DNA of 35,142 bases, taken from the IMG/VR virus record IMGVR_UViG_3300005512_000139, positions 1 through 35,142 of that record. One strand, written 5' to 3'. A program made the translations under genes and the position numbers. This DNA comes from a virus (lineage: Duplodnaviria; Caudoviricetes). Below are positions 20,536 through 28,348 of the stretch, in pieces (position 1 is the first letter of the stretch; each line of letters starts with the position of its first letter). The notes under the pieces are model-generated. The model had not been told where the DNA came from. It did not search any database and was given only the letters and a program-made list of their open reading frames with translations.

Positions 20536-20560
20536 AAAAAAGAGGGGATAAAACCCCTCT
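20536..20560 (-). terminator. Rho-independent terminator
   Basis: Minus-strand hairpin AGAGGGG-ttttat-CCCCTCT followed by a T run, 21 nt after the stop at 20582. Confidence 0.8.
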
Positions 20561-20581
20561 CTATGTGTATCTTACTGGTGA

Positions 20582-20932
20582 CTATGCAAAGGTGAAACCA
20601 TTGACAAAATCATAGGTATTGAAGACTTTACCAGTGACAGGAGATTGTGAAACAACCTTATCAACGAACCACTTAAAGTTCTTCTGATAGACTCTTTCTC
20701 CTTCAATACAGAAGTAATCACATAGAGCATTGATTCTGCTCTTGGTAGTAACACTCTGCCAACCACCATCATAGATCGTCATATCATTATCTGTCACCGT
20801 AGCAATCAAGTTACCGTGCAAATAAACAGAGGAAGTATGAGTTTCAGGATCGAAAACTACAGAGGTGTTAGCAAGACTCCAGTTCAGATTTTGCTGGATT
20901 GCTTGACACATTTGTTGTTCGATTTTACGCAT
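20582..20932 (-). CDS. Hypothetical phage protein (116 aa)
   Basis: MRKIEQQMCQAI...VYLHGNLIA...GGWQSVTTKSRINAL; typical small early phage protein. Confidence 0.8.
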   Translation of the reverse strand: MRKIEQQMCQAIQQNLNWSLANTSVVFDPETHTSSVYLHGNLIATVTDNDMTIYDGGWQSVTTKSRINALCDYFCIEGERVYQKNFKWFVDKVVSQSPVTGKVFNTYDFVNGFTFA

Positions 20933-20959
20933 GATTGTTGAATGAAATGAATGTGGGAG

Positions 20960-21019
20960 AGAGAAGCAATCTAGGAGAGAAGTCTGAAGAATCAGAGAAG
21001 CAATCTAGGAGAGAAGTCT
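20960..21019. repeat. 26-bp direct repeat x2 (AGAGAAGCAATCTAGGAGAGAAGTCT)
   Basis: Copies at 20960-20985 and 20994-21019. Confidence 0.9.
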
Positions 21020-21063
21020 CAACCCTTATACCATAGAAGACATTTGGAGGTAACTAACAATAA

Positions 21064-21270
21064 TTAACCAGAGATTTGTTGATAAAGTGTATTGAAAGCA
21101 TTGTAATCAGTATAATAAAATGCCTGTTCTTTTTTGTCCCAAAGTTGATAAGCAGCACACCCAATCTTAAAGTCGTAAACAACAAACTCATTGTTGTGAT
21201 TATCAACAACAACGGTGCCCAGTTGTTCTTTGACGAGAGTGTAATCTACCATGGTTGAAGTGTTGTTCAT
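21064..21270 (-). CDS. Hypothetical protein (68 aa)
   Basis: Fills exactly the space between motif copies 4 and 3. Confidence 0.7.
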   Translation of the reverse strand: MNNTSTMVDYTLVKEQLGTVVVDNHNNEFVVYDFKIGCAAYQLWDKKEQAFYYTDYNAFNTLYQQISG

Positions 21271-21304
21271 ACCATAGAGGACTTTTAGAGGTAACTAACA
21301 ATAA

Positions 21305-21472
21305 TTACCAGATTTCTGTGAAACGTTTATGTGTTGCTTTTGTCATTCTTCCCTCTGCTAACATGTTATCGCAGACATTAACAAAGACTTGAAACTTTTC
21401 CTCTCTTGTGAGAGTATTAGCACCGTCGCAATCTTTCATAATGCGGAGCATTTGTGCTTTGGAAGTGATCAT
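21305..21472 (-). CDS. Small hypothetical protein (55 aa)
   Basis: MITSKAQMLRIMKDCDGANTLTREEKFQVFVNVCDNMLAEGRMTKATHKRFTEIW; ATGA overlap with the upstream ORF. Confidence 0.7.
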   Translation of the reverse strand: MITSKAQMLRIMKDCDGANTLTREEKFQVFVNVCDNMLAEGRMTKATHKRFTEIW

Positions 21473-21606
21473 TTTTTGTTCAGAAAGTGTGCTTCAATGA
21501 TGTCAAGAATCTCACCACATTCGTCTGCGGCATCTTCATCAATCAGAACAGCATAATCCTCAACAGCATCAGCAATCAGTTCTAATTGTCGGTCGGTAAA
21601 TGTCAT
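21469..21606 (-). CDS. Small acidic hypothetical protein (45 aa)
   Basis: MTFTDRQLELIADAVEDYAVLIDEDAADECGEILDIIEAHFLNKK; ATGA overlaps on both sides. Confidence 0.7.
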   Translation of the reverse strand: MTFTDRQLELIADAVEDYAVLIDEDAADECGEILDIIEAHFLNKK

Positions 21607-21854
21607 CGGAGAACGTAGCAATAATCGATGGATTTGATACACCAACCCGTAGCATTTGTGATCTCTTCAACTAAATCATCAGCATCACATGCTTCCCAGG
21701 TTGTTGACATCGTTTCGTCAATAATAGACTGGAAATATCCTGGTTCCTTATCATAGGAAGCAGAATCATCAAAATCAAACTCAATGTCAGTGATACGATA
21801 GTGCATTTTTTTGATAGAAAGTTTACGGAGTTGACGATTAGTGTCAGCAAACAT
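21603..21854 (-). CDS. Hypothetical protein
   Basis: 83-aa ORF (ITDIEFDFDD...WEACDADDLVEEITNATGWCIKSIDY). The true start may be the internal Met. Confidence 0.7.
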   Translation of the reverse strand: MFADTNRQLRKLSIKKMHYRITDIEFDFDDSASYDKEPGYFQSIIDETMSTTWEACDADDLVEEITNATGWCIKSIDYCYVLR

Positions 21855-21879
21855 AATCAGAGATAAAGAACAGTTAAAA

Positions 21880-22026
21880 TCAGAAGAGTTCTAATTGTTG
21901 AAAGTTAAGATGATCGCAGCATGTATCATCATCCTGCAAATCAATCATGTCAGTGTCAACTTCACATGCAAGTTTGTCAAACAAGAAGTCAACAAATTCT
22001 TTGTTAGTCATTTTAGTTACGTTCAT
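21880..22026 (-). CDS. Small acidic hypothetical protein (48 aa)
   Basis: MNVTKMTNKEFVDFLFDKLACEVDTDMIDLQDDDTCCDHLNFQQLELF; its ATG abuts motif copy 5. Confidence 0.65.
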   Translation of the reverse strand: MNVTKMTNKEFVDFLFDKLACEVDTDMIDLQDDDTCCDHLNFQQLELF

Positions 22027-22050
22027 ACTATAGAGGACATTTGGAGGTAA

Positions 22051-22248
22051 CTAATAATCTACAGTTCGCATTTGTTCAACAATAGCACTCAAATCTCTTG
22101 CTACATCAGTCATCGCAGAACGTGAATATCCTGTCGCATAAGGATAACCTTGATCCTTATTTTCAGGTGCTTCATGACAAACATTGATCGCATTATTCAG
22201 TCGATCAATTATCATCACCAGTTGATCATCAATAGAAAAAATGTTCAT
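22051..22248 (-). CDS. Hypothetical protein (65 aa)
   Basis: ORF whose stop codon is the TAG inside motif copy 5. Confidence 0.7.
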   Translation of the reverse strand: MNIFSIDDQLVMIIDRLNNAINVCHEAPENKDQGYPYATGYSRSAMTDVARDLSAIVEQMRTVDY

Positions 22249-22266
22249 TATTAAAAAATGTGAATG

Positions 22267-22461
22267 TTAGTTAATGGGAAAGTTTTTACAGACAGCATCA
22301 CATAGTGTGCGGATGAGTTCATCACTATCAGTGGCAGTTAGTTGGAGACGGTCATCACCGCAGCAGTTTTGAACTGGATTATCAAAGTAAAAACCTTCAA
22401 TAATAGCATCAATGTCCTCAATTAGTTGTTCCCTTGCCGTGAGCATTTCAAGGCGATCCAT
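22267..22461 (-). CDS. Hypothetical protein (64 aa)
   Basis: Tightly packed minus-strand ORF. Confidence 0.7.
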   Translation of the reverse strand: MDRLEMLTAREQLIEDIDAIIEGFYFDNPVQNCCGDDRLQLTATDSDELIRTLCDAVCKNFPIN

Positions 22462-22463
22462 TA

Positions 22464-22697
22464 TTAAACATAGTGTAATGCAAGTTTGATGATTTGATCA
22501 TCTTTCACAATAGTGTTCGGACCAACTTTAGTCTCGAAACGATGATAGATTGTTTCGGGATCTTCACCCTCAAAACTAATAGCAGAAACGAGATCAGTTG
22601 TCATCTCTTTGACAGTGGAAATACCACGATAAGTTGAATCGAATTGTTCTTCAAGAATTTGAAGTGCTTGTTTAAAAGTGATTTGAGTGTTGTTCAT
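22464..22697 (-). CDS. Hypothetical protein (77 aa)
   Basis: ATG abuts motif copy 6. Confidence 0.7.
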   Translation of the reverse strand: MNNTQITFKQALQILEEQFDSTYRGISTVKEMTTDLVSAISFEGEDPETIYHRFETKVGPNTIVKDDQIIKLALHYV

Positions 22698-22721
22698 ACT
22701 ATAGAGGACGTTTGGAGGTTA

Positions 22722-23015
22722 CTAACAATCTACTTCAGAAAGTTCTTGTTGAAGTGCCATATATTGTTCTTCAGTTACTTCATCTACGCACTCCTGAATC
22801 ACAGTGTAGATGTAATCAATGTTGCCAACATCATTGAAGATTCTTTCAGCAAGTTCAGAACTTACCTCTTCTGGAAGATACTTTGGTTCATCATCTTCAT
22901 CACGAATCATACAATCCTCAGCAGTGTAGATCCATGCCGCACAAGGTGCATTTTCACCCTGAAGTTCGATCAGTTTGTTGACTCGTTCTTGCAGTTGTTT
23001 GAGTGTGTAGTTCAT
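22722..23015 (-). CDS. Hypothetical protein (97 aa)
   Basis: ORF whose stop is the TAG inside motif copy 6. Confidence 0.75.
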   Translation of the reverse strand: MNYTLKQLQERVNKLIELQGENAPCAAWIYTAEDCMIRDEDDEPKYLPEEVSSELAERIFNDVGNIDYIYTVIQECVDEVTEEQYMALQQELSEVDC

Positions 23016-23019
23016 GATT

Positions 23020-23181
23020 TCAGATGGATGGAGTAACAGAAACTTCCTTGATATTCAATCCACAAAGTTGATTGTAGACACGGTTGAGAATCAATTTGTC
23101 GGCAGTTTTTGCCTTTGATTTTTCATGCCAGATGGTCACACAACCATCATTAGTTTCAACCCGAACTCGATAGTTCTTCAT
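23020..23181 (-). CDS. Small hypothetical protein (53 aa)
   Basis: MKNYRVRVETNDGCVTIWHEKSKAKTADKLILNRVYNQLCGLNIKEVSVTPSI; fills the gap between its neighbours. Confidence 0.65.
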   Translation of the reverse strand: MKNYRVRVETNDGCVTIWHEKSKAKTADKLILNRVYNQLCGLNIKEVSVTPSI

Positions 23182-23186
23182 GTTAA

Positions 23187-23408
23187 TCAACCTCCGAAGT
23201 TATCATCCATAAATGCAGAATCTTGTCCACGATCATCACCGAACATTTCAGCGAAGAGATCAAGATTTTGGCGATCATACTGATCACGAACCATCCAAAT
23301 TTCTTGCTTAACCCATGCTAACTCTGCATTGAGTTTATCCATTTTAACCCGAAGATCATAGAGTTTTTGATTACGTTCGGTGATAGTCATTGATTGAGTG
23401 TTGTTCAT
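23187..23408 (-). CDS. Hypothetical coiled-coil protein (73 aa)
   Basis: ATG abuts motif copy 7; a second Met is at codon 7. Confidence 0.7.
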   Translation of the reverse strand: MNNTQSMTITERNQKLYDLRVKMDKLNAELAWVKQEIWMVRDQYDRQNLDLFAEMFGDDRGQDSAFMDDNFGG

Positions 23409-23452
23409 ACTATAGAGGACATTTGGAGGTAACTAACAATCTATTCAGTCAA

Positions 23453-23641
23453 TCAACGGATATAGAGATAACCTCCTTCGTTTCTCCACAATTTCCACAA
23501 TTCTTCAATGGATTTAACATTTTTGAATCCATTATGTTTATTTTGTTCTCTATAAAGTTTTTTTCCCATTTCCTCATACCATAGTTGAAAACTTTGACGT
23601 TCTGGATGATAAAGTGGAAGTGAAGTTACAGGATAAAACAT
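23453..23641 (-). CDS. Hypothetical protein (62 aa, start MFYPVTSL)
   Basis: The ATG at 23641 lies 2 nt after the upstream stop and is preferred over the track start at 23695. Confidence 0.6.
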   Translation of the reverse strand: MFYPVTSLPLYHPERQSFQLWYEEMGKKLYREQNKHNGFKNVKSIEELWKLWRNEGGYLYIR

Positions 23642-23643
23642 AA

Positions 23644-24012
23644 TCAACGGATATAGAGATAAGAACCTGCCCAATCTGCATGTTCCATCAACCACTCACG
23701 ATCACTCATGATACAAAGGTTAAAACGAATACCTTTTGCAGGTGCTTTGAATGATGCTGCTTTATAAACATCACCACTCTTCTTATCAACAAAGGCATGA
23801 ACACTGCGGGAACCAGCACCAGTCTCCATGATGATCTTGTGATACTTACGTCCCTCTTGAATGTAGAACTTGTAGTCGAGAGTGTGTCCTCTGCGGTTGA
23901 AATCGATCAGGAGAGCATCACACAGCATCAGGCAATACTTGCGGATGTTAAGTTGAATCGTGTTGCGTGCATCTTGAGTTGCAACATAATCAGCAAAAGA
24001 GGTTTTAGTCAT
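23644..24012 (-). CDS. Conserved hypothetical phage protein (122 aa)
   Basis: GRKYHKI...SRSVHAFVDKKSGDVYKAASFKAPAKGIRFN motif; ATGA-type overlap with the upstream ORF. Confidence 0.8.
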   Translation of the reverse strand: MTKTSFADYVATQDARNTIQLNIRKYCLMLCDALLIDFNRRGHTLDYKFYIQEGRKYHKIIMETGAGSRSVHAFVDKKSGDVYKAASFKAPAKGIRFNLCIMSDREWLMEHADWAGSYLYIR

Positions 24013-24194
24013 TTTGTGAGAGTAAAGATTGCGTTGAGTTTTGCTTGAATAGAGTTGAAGATTTCAATTTCGCCATCATCTTCATCAAGATGATCTTGAT
24101 ACTCACTCAGAGCATAATCGATGATTTGCCATTCAGAATCTGTAAACAGTTGTTTGTAGATTGAGGCGGAAAGTCTTTGAGAATCGTTGTTCAT
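24009..24194 (-). CDS. Hypothetical protein (61 aa)
   Basis: ATG abuts motif copy 8. Confidence 0.7.
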   Translation of the reverse strand: MNNDSQRLSASIYKQLFTDSEWQIIDYALSEYQDHLDEDDGEIEIFNSIQAKLNAIFTLTK

Positions 24195-24230
24195 ACTATA
24201 GAGGACGTTTGGAGGTTACTAACAATCTAC

Positions 24231-24965
24231 TCATGCAGTTTCGAGTTGAAGATATTTCACATTCTTCTTACGTTCTCCATTTTTCTTATACAAACCACCA
24301 GCAGGATATGCTAAGTTACCCCATGCAACTTGGTTCTTAAATTGATCATATGAATCAACACCAATGAGAAGTTGAGTTCGGGAATTGTTCGCAGTTTCTT
24401 TACCCATACGAATCAATTCAATAGATTCAAATACTCCGATAAAGATTTCATCCAGAAGTTTTGCATCACCAGTGAAAATATCAAAGACATTGATGTCTTC
24501 ATTCAAACCATACTTCACACCAATGAAGTCCATTTTCTGATCTTCTTTCTTGCTGGCATGAGTCGAACCAGTCCAAGAATTATCACCAGATGTTCCTTTG
24601 ATCTCCCAGATCTTAGAACTTACAGTAAGATCACCAGAAGAACTGCGATCTTTCTTGACATCAAATCCACCTTTTGCAAGTTGGCAAGTGATGACAGACT
24701 CAAGAATTCGTCCGAGGTATACAAAAACCTCATTACGATCTTCAGTGCCAAGTTGACGGAATGTAATGGGTTTGTCTTCAATTACATTATACTTTTTCTC
24801 ACGATTCAGATTGCGAAGAATCGGACAGAAACCGATCTCTACATTCAGTTCATAAATCAATTCACTGACAACTTTAGGATCAGAAAAATAGTCGCGGATG
24901 GATGATGCTTGAGTCATAATAGTTTCAGTCAATTCTTTGAATAAAGGATAGGTTTTAGTTTGCAT
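24231..24965 (-). CDS. Putative PD-(D/E)XK nuclease (restriction-endonuclease-like)
   Basis: GRILES...SSGDLTVSSKIWEIKGT fits an E...D-x(n)-EIK catalytic pattern. The start is probably the ATG at 24965 because a separate ORF occupies 24955-25122. Confidence 0.5.
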   Translation of the reverse strand: MQTKTYPLFKELTETIMTQASSIRDYFSDPKVVSELIYELNVEIGFCPILRNLNREKKYNVIEDKPITFRQLGTEDRNEVFVYLGRILESVITCQLAKGGFDVKKDRSSSGDLTVSSKIWEIKGTSGDNSWTGSTHASKKEDQKMDFIGVKYGLNEDINVFDIFTGDAKLLDEIFIGVFESIELIRMGKETANNSRTQLLIGVDSYDQFKNQVAWGNLAYPAGGLYKKNGERKKNVKYLQLETA

Positions 24966-25122
24966 TTTCGAGAATGAATTGTCTTGCTTGATATGCTTCA
25001 AATTGTGAATTGAATGTGGCAATCTTGGTATAATCTTCTCTCCAATAGATTGCCCACTTATGTGAACCCCACACACCCTTAACTAGAATGGGATTGTCAA
25101 TGCCAAGAGGATAGGATTTCAT
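24955..25122 (-). CDS. Small hypothetical protein (55 aa)
   Basis: MKSYPLGIDNPILVKGVWGSHKWAIYWREDYTKIATFNSQFEAYQARQFILENAN; ATG 17 nt after motif copy 9. Confidence 0.7.
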   Translation of the reverse strand: MKSYPLGIDNPILVKGVWGSHKWAIYWREDYTKIATFNSQFEAYQARQFILENAN

Positions 25123-25169
25123 CGGATTGATGTGCTTATACTATAGTGGACATTTGGAGGTAACTAACT

Positions 25170-26051
25170 TTAACGGAAACGAGATGTGGCAAAGTTAGCA
25201 TAACTGAAGAGTGAACGATCAACCAACTTCACTGCACCATAGTCGTCAGAATAGAAGACGAAACCTTCACCATCAATCTCAACATCGTCAAAGATGAAAG
25301 ATTTAGGAGAATCATGAATGATGAAACTACTCATCAGATCTTCCTTGATTTCTATCACCAACTGATAGAGATTGGCAAGTTGAGGAGATCCAAGGATTAC
25401 AGTCAACAAACTGTCATCGAGTTCGTGTCCTTCTGCAATGCAGGAGTTAATCTTTTGTTTGGCAATCTGCGCCTCTTTAACACTTAAGAAGGGAATTGCA
25501 CCTGAATTAACTTTAGGTGCCCTTACAGAGGCATATACCCTATCCACAGAGGGTTGTACCCACTTGACATAAGATGTATCGACAAAACAATCATTCAGCG
25601 GTTGACAATCTGCATTATGAAATTCATCATTTACATCCACGATTGTGTGAGGTGCAATGACAAGCAGTTGCTCAATCTCTTCAGGAAAAACATAAGAGAT
25701 CGTATTGGATTGCAGACAGTCAGTACCACCGAACCCAAGGAAATCGCCCCAGTAAATGTTCTCTGTGCGAGGCAGATAATTCAGACAATGAGTGAGAACT
25801 TCTGCCAGAGATTCTTGATGTCCGAAGTGACGATAGATGTCGTCAGTGTTGTAACAAAGGCGAATCTTTTTTTTGTTAAATGCTGCTTTGGTACAAACAA
25901 AAAACTTACCATTCTGAGGATTAGTGCCCCAAACAAGGGAAGTACCATCCATTTTCATGGAGATAGTACCAGTCCCGTACAAAGTATCAAGAACCGAAAG
26001 ATCACCAGTGAGGATCAAATCTTCGGGATGTTCGATGTGAGTGCTTGTCAT
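25170..26051 (-). CDS. Ligase-superfamily nucleotidyltransferase-like protein
   Basis: 293 aa with KMDG (motif I, KxDG), EGFV (motif IV-like), VKLV (motif V-like) and N-terminal HIEHPED. Confidence 0.55.
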   Translation of the reverse strand: MTSTHIEHPEDLILTGDLSVLDTLYGTGTISMKMDGTSLVWGTNPQNGKFFVCTKAAFNKKKIRLCYNTDDIYRHFGHQESLAEVLTHCLNYLPRTENIYWGDFLGFGGTDCLQSNTISYVFPEEIEQLLVIAPHTIVDVNDEFHNADCQPLNDCFVDTSYVKWVQPSVDRVYASVRAPKVNSGAIPFLSVKEAQIAKQKINSCIAEGHELDDSLLTVILGSPQLANLYQLVIEIKEDLMSSFIIHDSPKSFIFDDVEIDGEGFVFYSDDYGAVKLVDRSLFSYANFATSRFR

Positions 26052-26084
26052 ACTATAGAAGACATTTGGAGGTTACTAACTTTA

Positions 26085-27395
26085 TTAACGCCTAATTTCA
26101 CTGATCGCAGGTTGTCCCTGATTGAACACAGTATCAACAACTGCCTGCACTTTGCGAGCAGTGCCAATACCCACAGCATCATAAGTTGGGATGCAAACCA
26201 ATCCAAACGTCTTCTCAGATCCACCAAGTCTAATAACTCGTCCAATAGACTGGCTAATACCTATAAAGTCCATGTTACGCATGAAGATAACTGCCTCTAA
26301 ACCTGACACGTTAATACCTTCAGACAGAATACTGTGGTGGATAACTACAAACTTCTTGGTAGCATCTTTGCCCCAGGTGTTCAGAGTGTTGAAGAACTCT
26401 TCACGATTGACTTTCTTGCCATCAATGATTGCACCAGTCTTATCAGACAGAATACTGTGGTGGATAACTACAAACTTCTTGGTAGCATCTTTGCCCCAGG
26501 TGTTCAGAGTGTTGAAGAACTCTTCACGATTGACTTTCTTGCCATCAATGATTGCACCAGTCTTAGATGTAATCGTCATCCAAGAATATCCGCGCTGATA
26601 CAACTCAGAGCAGAAATTAGACTGAGAAAGTAAACCAACAATCTGCTTTGTAGTGCGAGCACAGATCAAAGTTTTGTTGATGTTGTTGTCATCAATCGTT
26701 TCCAGCAGATTGTCACAATCTTCTGCATAGACTACCTTACGTCCTTTGATCATAGGGAGTTGCTTGACTACAACTTTAGGAGGAAGAATGAACCCACCTT
26801 CAACCAACTCAGGAGCAGGAACATTTACAAGAACTTGTCCGTAAACACTCCAATTCATCCCTGGTTTTTTAGGTGTGAGGGAATGTTTAGGAGTTGCAGT
26901 ATAACAATATGCACGATCTGCGTTCTCTAGAAAGAACTCAGTGGAAGGAAAAAAGTGACGTTGCACACTGTTATGTGCTTCATCAAAGTAAATTGTATTC
27001 ACCTCAATGTCAGCATCCATAACACGATGCAGAGAATGATATGAGGTAAAGATGATAACATTCTCACCACATGCACGGGCAGTGTTAGCAAACAGGTGAA
27101 TCTTTTCTGCTTTGGTACTGCTATAGTGATGAGTTTCACCACTATGAACGTGCATAATGTGAGTGTTGGCGGTATCAATAACCTCCAAGAACTCAGAACA
27201 CAGTTGCTCTGCCAACAAAATGCGGGGAGCAACAACAACAGTGGTGGTGCCGTTAGTGATAGAATCATGACGGCGTTGAGTGTCAAGAATCATGGTAAGA
27301 GTCTTGCCACCACCAGTGGGCACAATGATCTGTCCTTTGTTGTAAGAAAGCATCCGATCAAGGATACGATCTTGATGTGGACGAAGGTTGATCAT
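26085..27395 (-). CDS. Superfamily 2 (DEAH) helicase
   Basis: Q motif LRPHQ, Walker A PTGGGKT, Walker B FDEAH, motif III TAT, SEGINV and QSIGRVIR. Contains a 41-aa internal duplication. Confidence 0.9.
   Translation of the reverse strand: MINLRPHQDRILDRMLSYNKGQIIVPTGGGKTLTMILDTQRRHDSITNGTTTVVVAPRILLAEQLCSEFLEVIDTANTHIMHVHSGETHHYSSTKAEKIHLFANTARACGENVIIFTSYHSLHRVMDADIEVNTIYFDEAHNSVQRHFFPSTEFFLENADRAYCYTATPKHSLTPKKPGMNWSVYGQVLVNVPAPELVEGGFILPPKVVVKQLPMIKGRKVVYAEDCDNLLETIDDNNINKTLICARTTKQIVGLLSQSNFCSELYQRGYSWMTITSKTGAIIDGKKVNREEFFNTLNTWGKDATKKFVVIHHSILSDKTGAIIDGKKVNREEFFNTLNTWGKDATKKFVVIHHSILSEGINVSGLEAVIFMRNMDFIGISQSIGRVIRLGGSEKTFGLVCIPTYDAVGIGTARKVQAVVDTVFNQGQPAISEIRR
26320..26565. repeat. 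Exact 123-bp tandem duplication inside the helicase
   Basis: 26320-26442 is identical to 26443-26565. Confidence 0.95.
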
Positions 27396-27441
27396 TTATC
27401 GTATGTCTGTGTAACTGTGGATCTTTGGAGGTAACTAACTT

Positions 27442-27798
27442 TTATTCGTAACGATTGGTAAGAGTTTTGTTCTTCCAAACGTACTCATTGCCACCTAAAC
27501 AATCATCACCAAGTTCTTCAATCATGATGTTATCGGGGAACATACCAAAGTATTCATCTTTCTGCTCATATCGCGTCACTGTGGAAGAACGACATGCACG
27601 AACATCAATCCAAACAGTATCACTCACATCAGCAAACTTTTGACTGATATAGTTCTCAATATCACCATATTCATTGATGTGATGTCTATCAATCCAGATT
27701 AAATCTTTATCACCATCTTCATATCTTTCCTCCCTATCTTCATCTGCCCAACATTCAATCTGGCAAAGTTCGCCTTTTTCAGTGTCGTAAGTAAACAT
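27442..27798 (-). CDS. Acidic hypothetical protein (118 aa)
   Basis: ORF ending 2 nt before motif copy 11. Confidence 0.7.
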   Translation of the reverse strand: MFTYDTEKGELCQIECWADEDREERYEDGDKDLIWIDRHHINEYGDIENYISQKFADVSDTVWIDVRACRSSTVTRYEQKDEYFGMFPDNIMIEELGDDCLGGNEYVWKNKTLTNRYE

Positions 27799-27800
27799 AA

Positions 27801-28100
27801 TCAGGAGTAAAGTGCTAGTTCAAGTGGATTTAATTTGAGGGGCATTGCTGTATATGGACGAGTGTCCGTAATGTTGATAGGTTCTCCTACCTTATTTGCG
27901 TTGATGGGGGCATGGTAAGTGTGCGAATTGCTTCTCGATGTTGTTTTAACGAATCCCCAGATTGTTCTAACGGGATCACTAGTGTAACTATAAAAAGCAT
28001 GGTGGCGCAACCATATAGCAGTAACATTCCGTTTGAATTGAGTAACTTCATAGGAATAACCTTTAGGTGCTTTGTGTGGAAAATCTACAGGAAGTTCCAT
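27801..28100 (-). CDS. Conserved hypothetical phage protein (start MELPVDFPH)
   Basis: The ATG at 28100 overlaps the upstream stop (TGATG); contains TIWGFVK and TRPYTAMP. Confidence 0.75.
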   Translation of the reverse strand: MELPVDFPHKAPKGYSYEVTQFKRNVTAIWLRHHAFYSYTSDPVRTIWGFVKTTSRSNSHTYHAPINANKVGEPINITDTRPYTAMPLKLNPLELALYS

Positions 28101-28309
28101 CAAGGTTGTGCAGGTTGTGGAGCAGGTTTTTTGGCAGCGGTATTGAAATGAACCATGCCATTTTCGTACCAATATGTCACAAATGCACGACGAAGCATTA
28201 GCAGTTCATCATATCGTGACTGTTGATCTTTAGTGAATAGAAAGTCTTGATCTCTCCAAGTTTTTTTCAGTTCTTGAAGTTCGCGGAGTACCAAAGAAGA
28301 ATTGTTCAT
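28100..28309 (-). CDS. Hypothetical protein (69 aa)
   Basis: ATG 15 nt after motif copy 12. Confidence 0.75.
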   Translation of the reverse strand: MNNSSLVLRELQELKKTWRDQDFLFTKDQQSRYDELLMLRRAFVTYWYENGMVHFNTAAKKPAPQPAQP

Positions 28310-28348
28310 GATGTGATTGATTACAATAACGGTGAATTTTAAAGGTAA

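Noticed and set aside
19321-20560. tRNA or other known structured RNA genes in the noncoding gaps
   Set aside because: I saw no cloverleaf, T-loop GTTCGA context or CCA end by eye; tRNAscan-SE or Rfam would be needed to exclude them fully.
24966-25076. N-terminal extension of the 281-aa ORF given in the track
   Set aside because: It overlaps a better 55-aa ORF (24955-25122) whose ATG follows the junction motif; the ATG at 24965 is the likelier start.
25140-25168. CACTATAG resemblance to the T7/SP6 promoter core
   Set aside because: Exact in only one copy, in the least conserved part of the motif, and no single-subunit RNA polymerase is visible here.
21030-27439. GGAGGT in the motif as a plus-strand Shine-Dalgarno, or ACCTCC as an anti-SD mimic
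   Set aside because: No plus-strand start codons or credible ORFs follow it, and those positions vary among copies (CCC, TTG, TCT, TTT).
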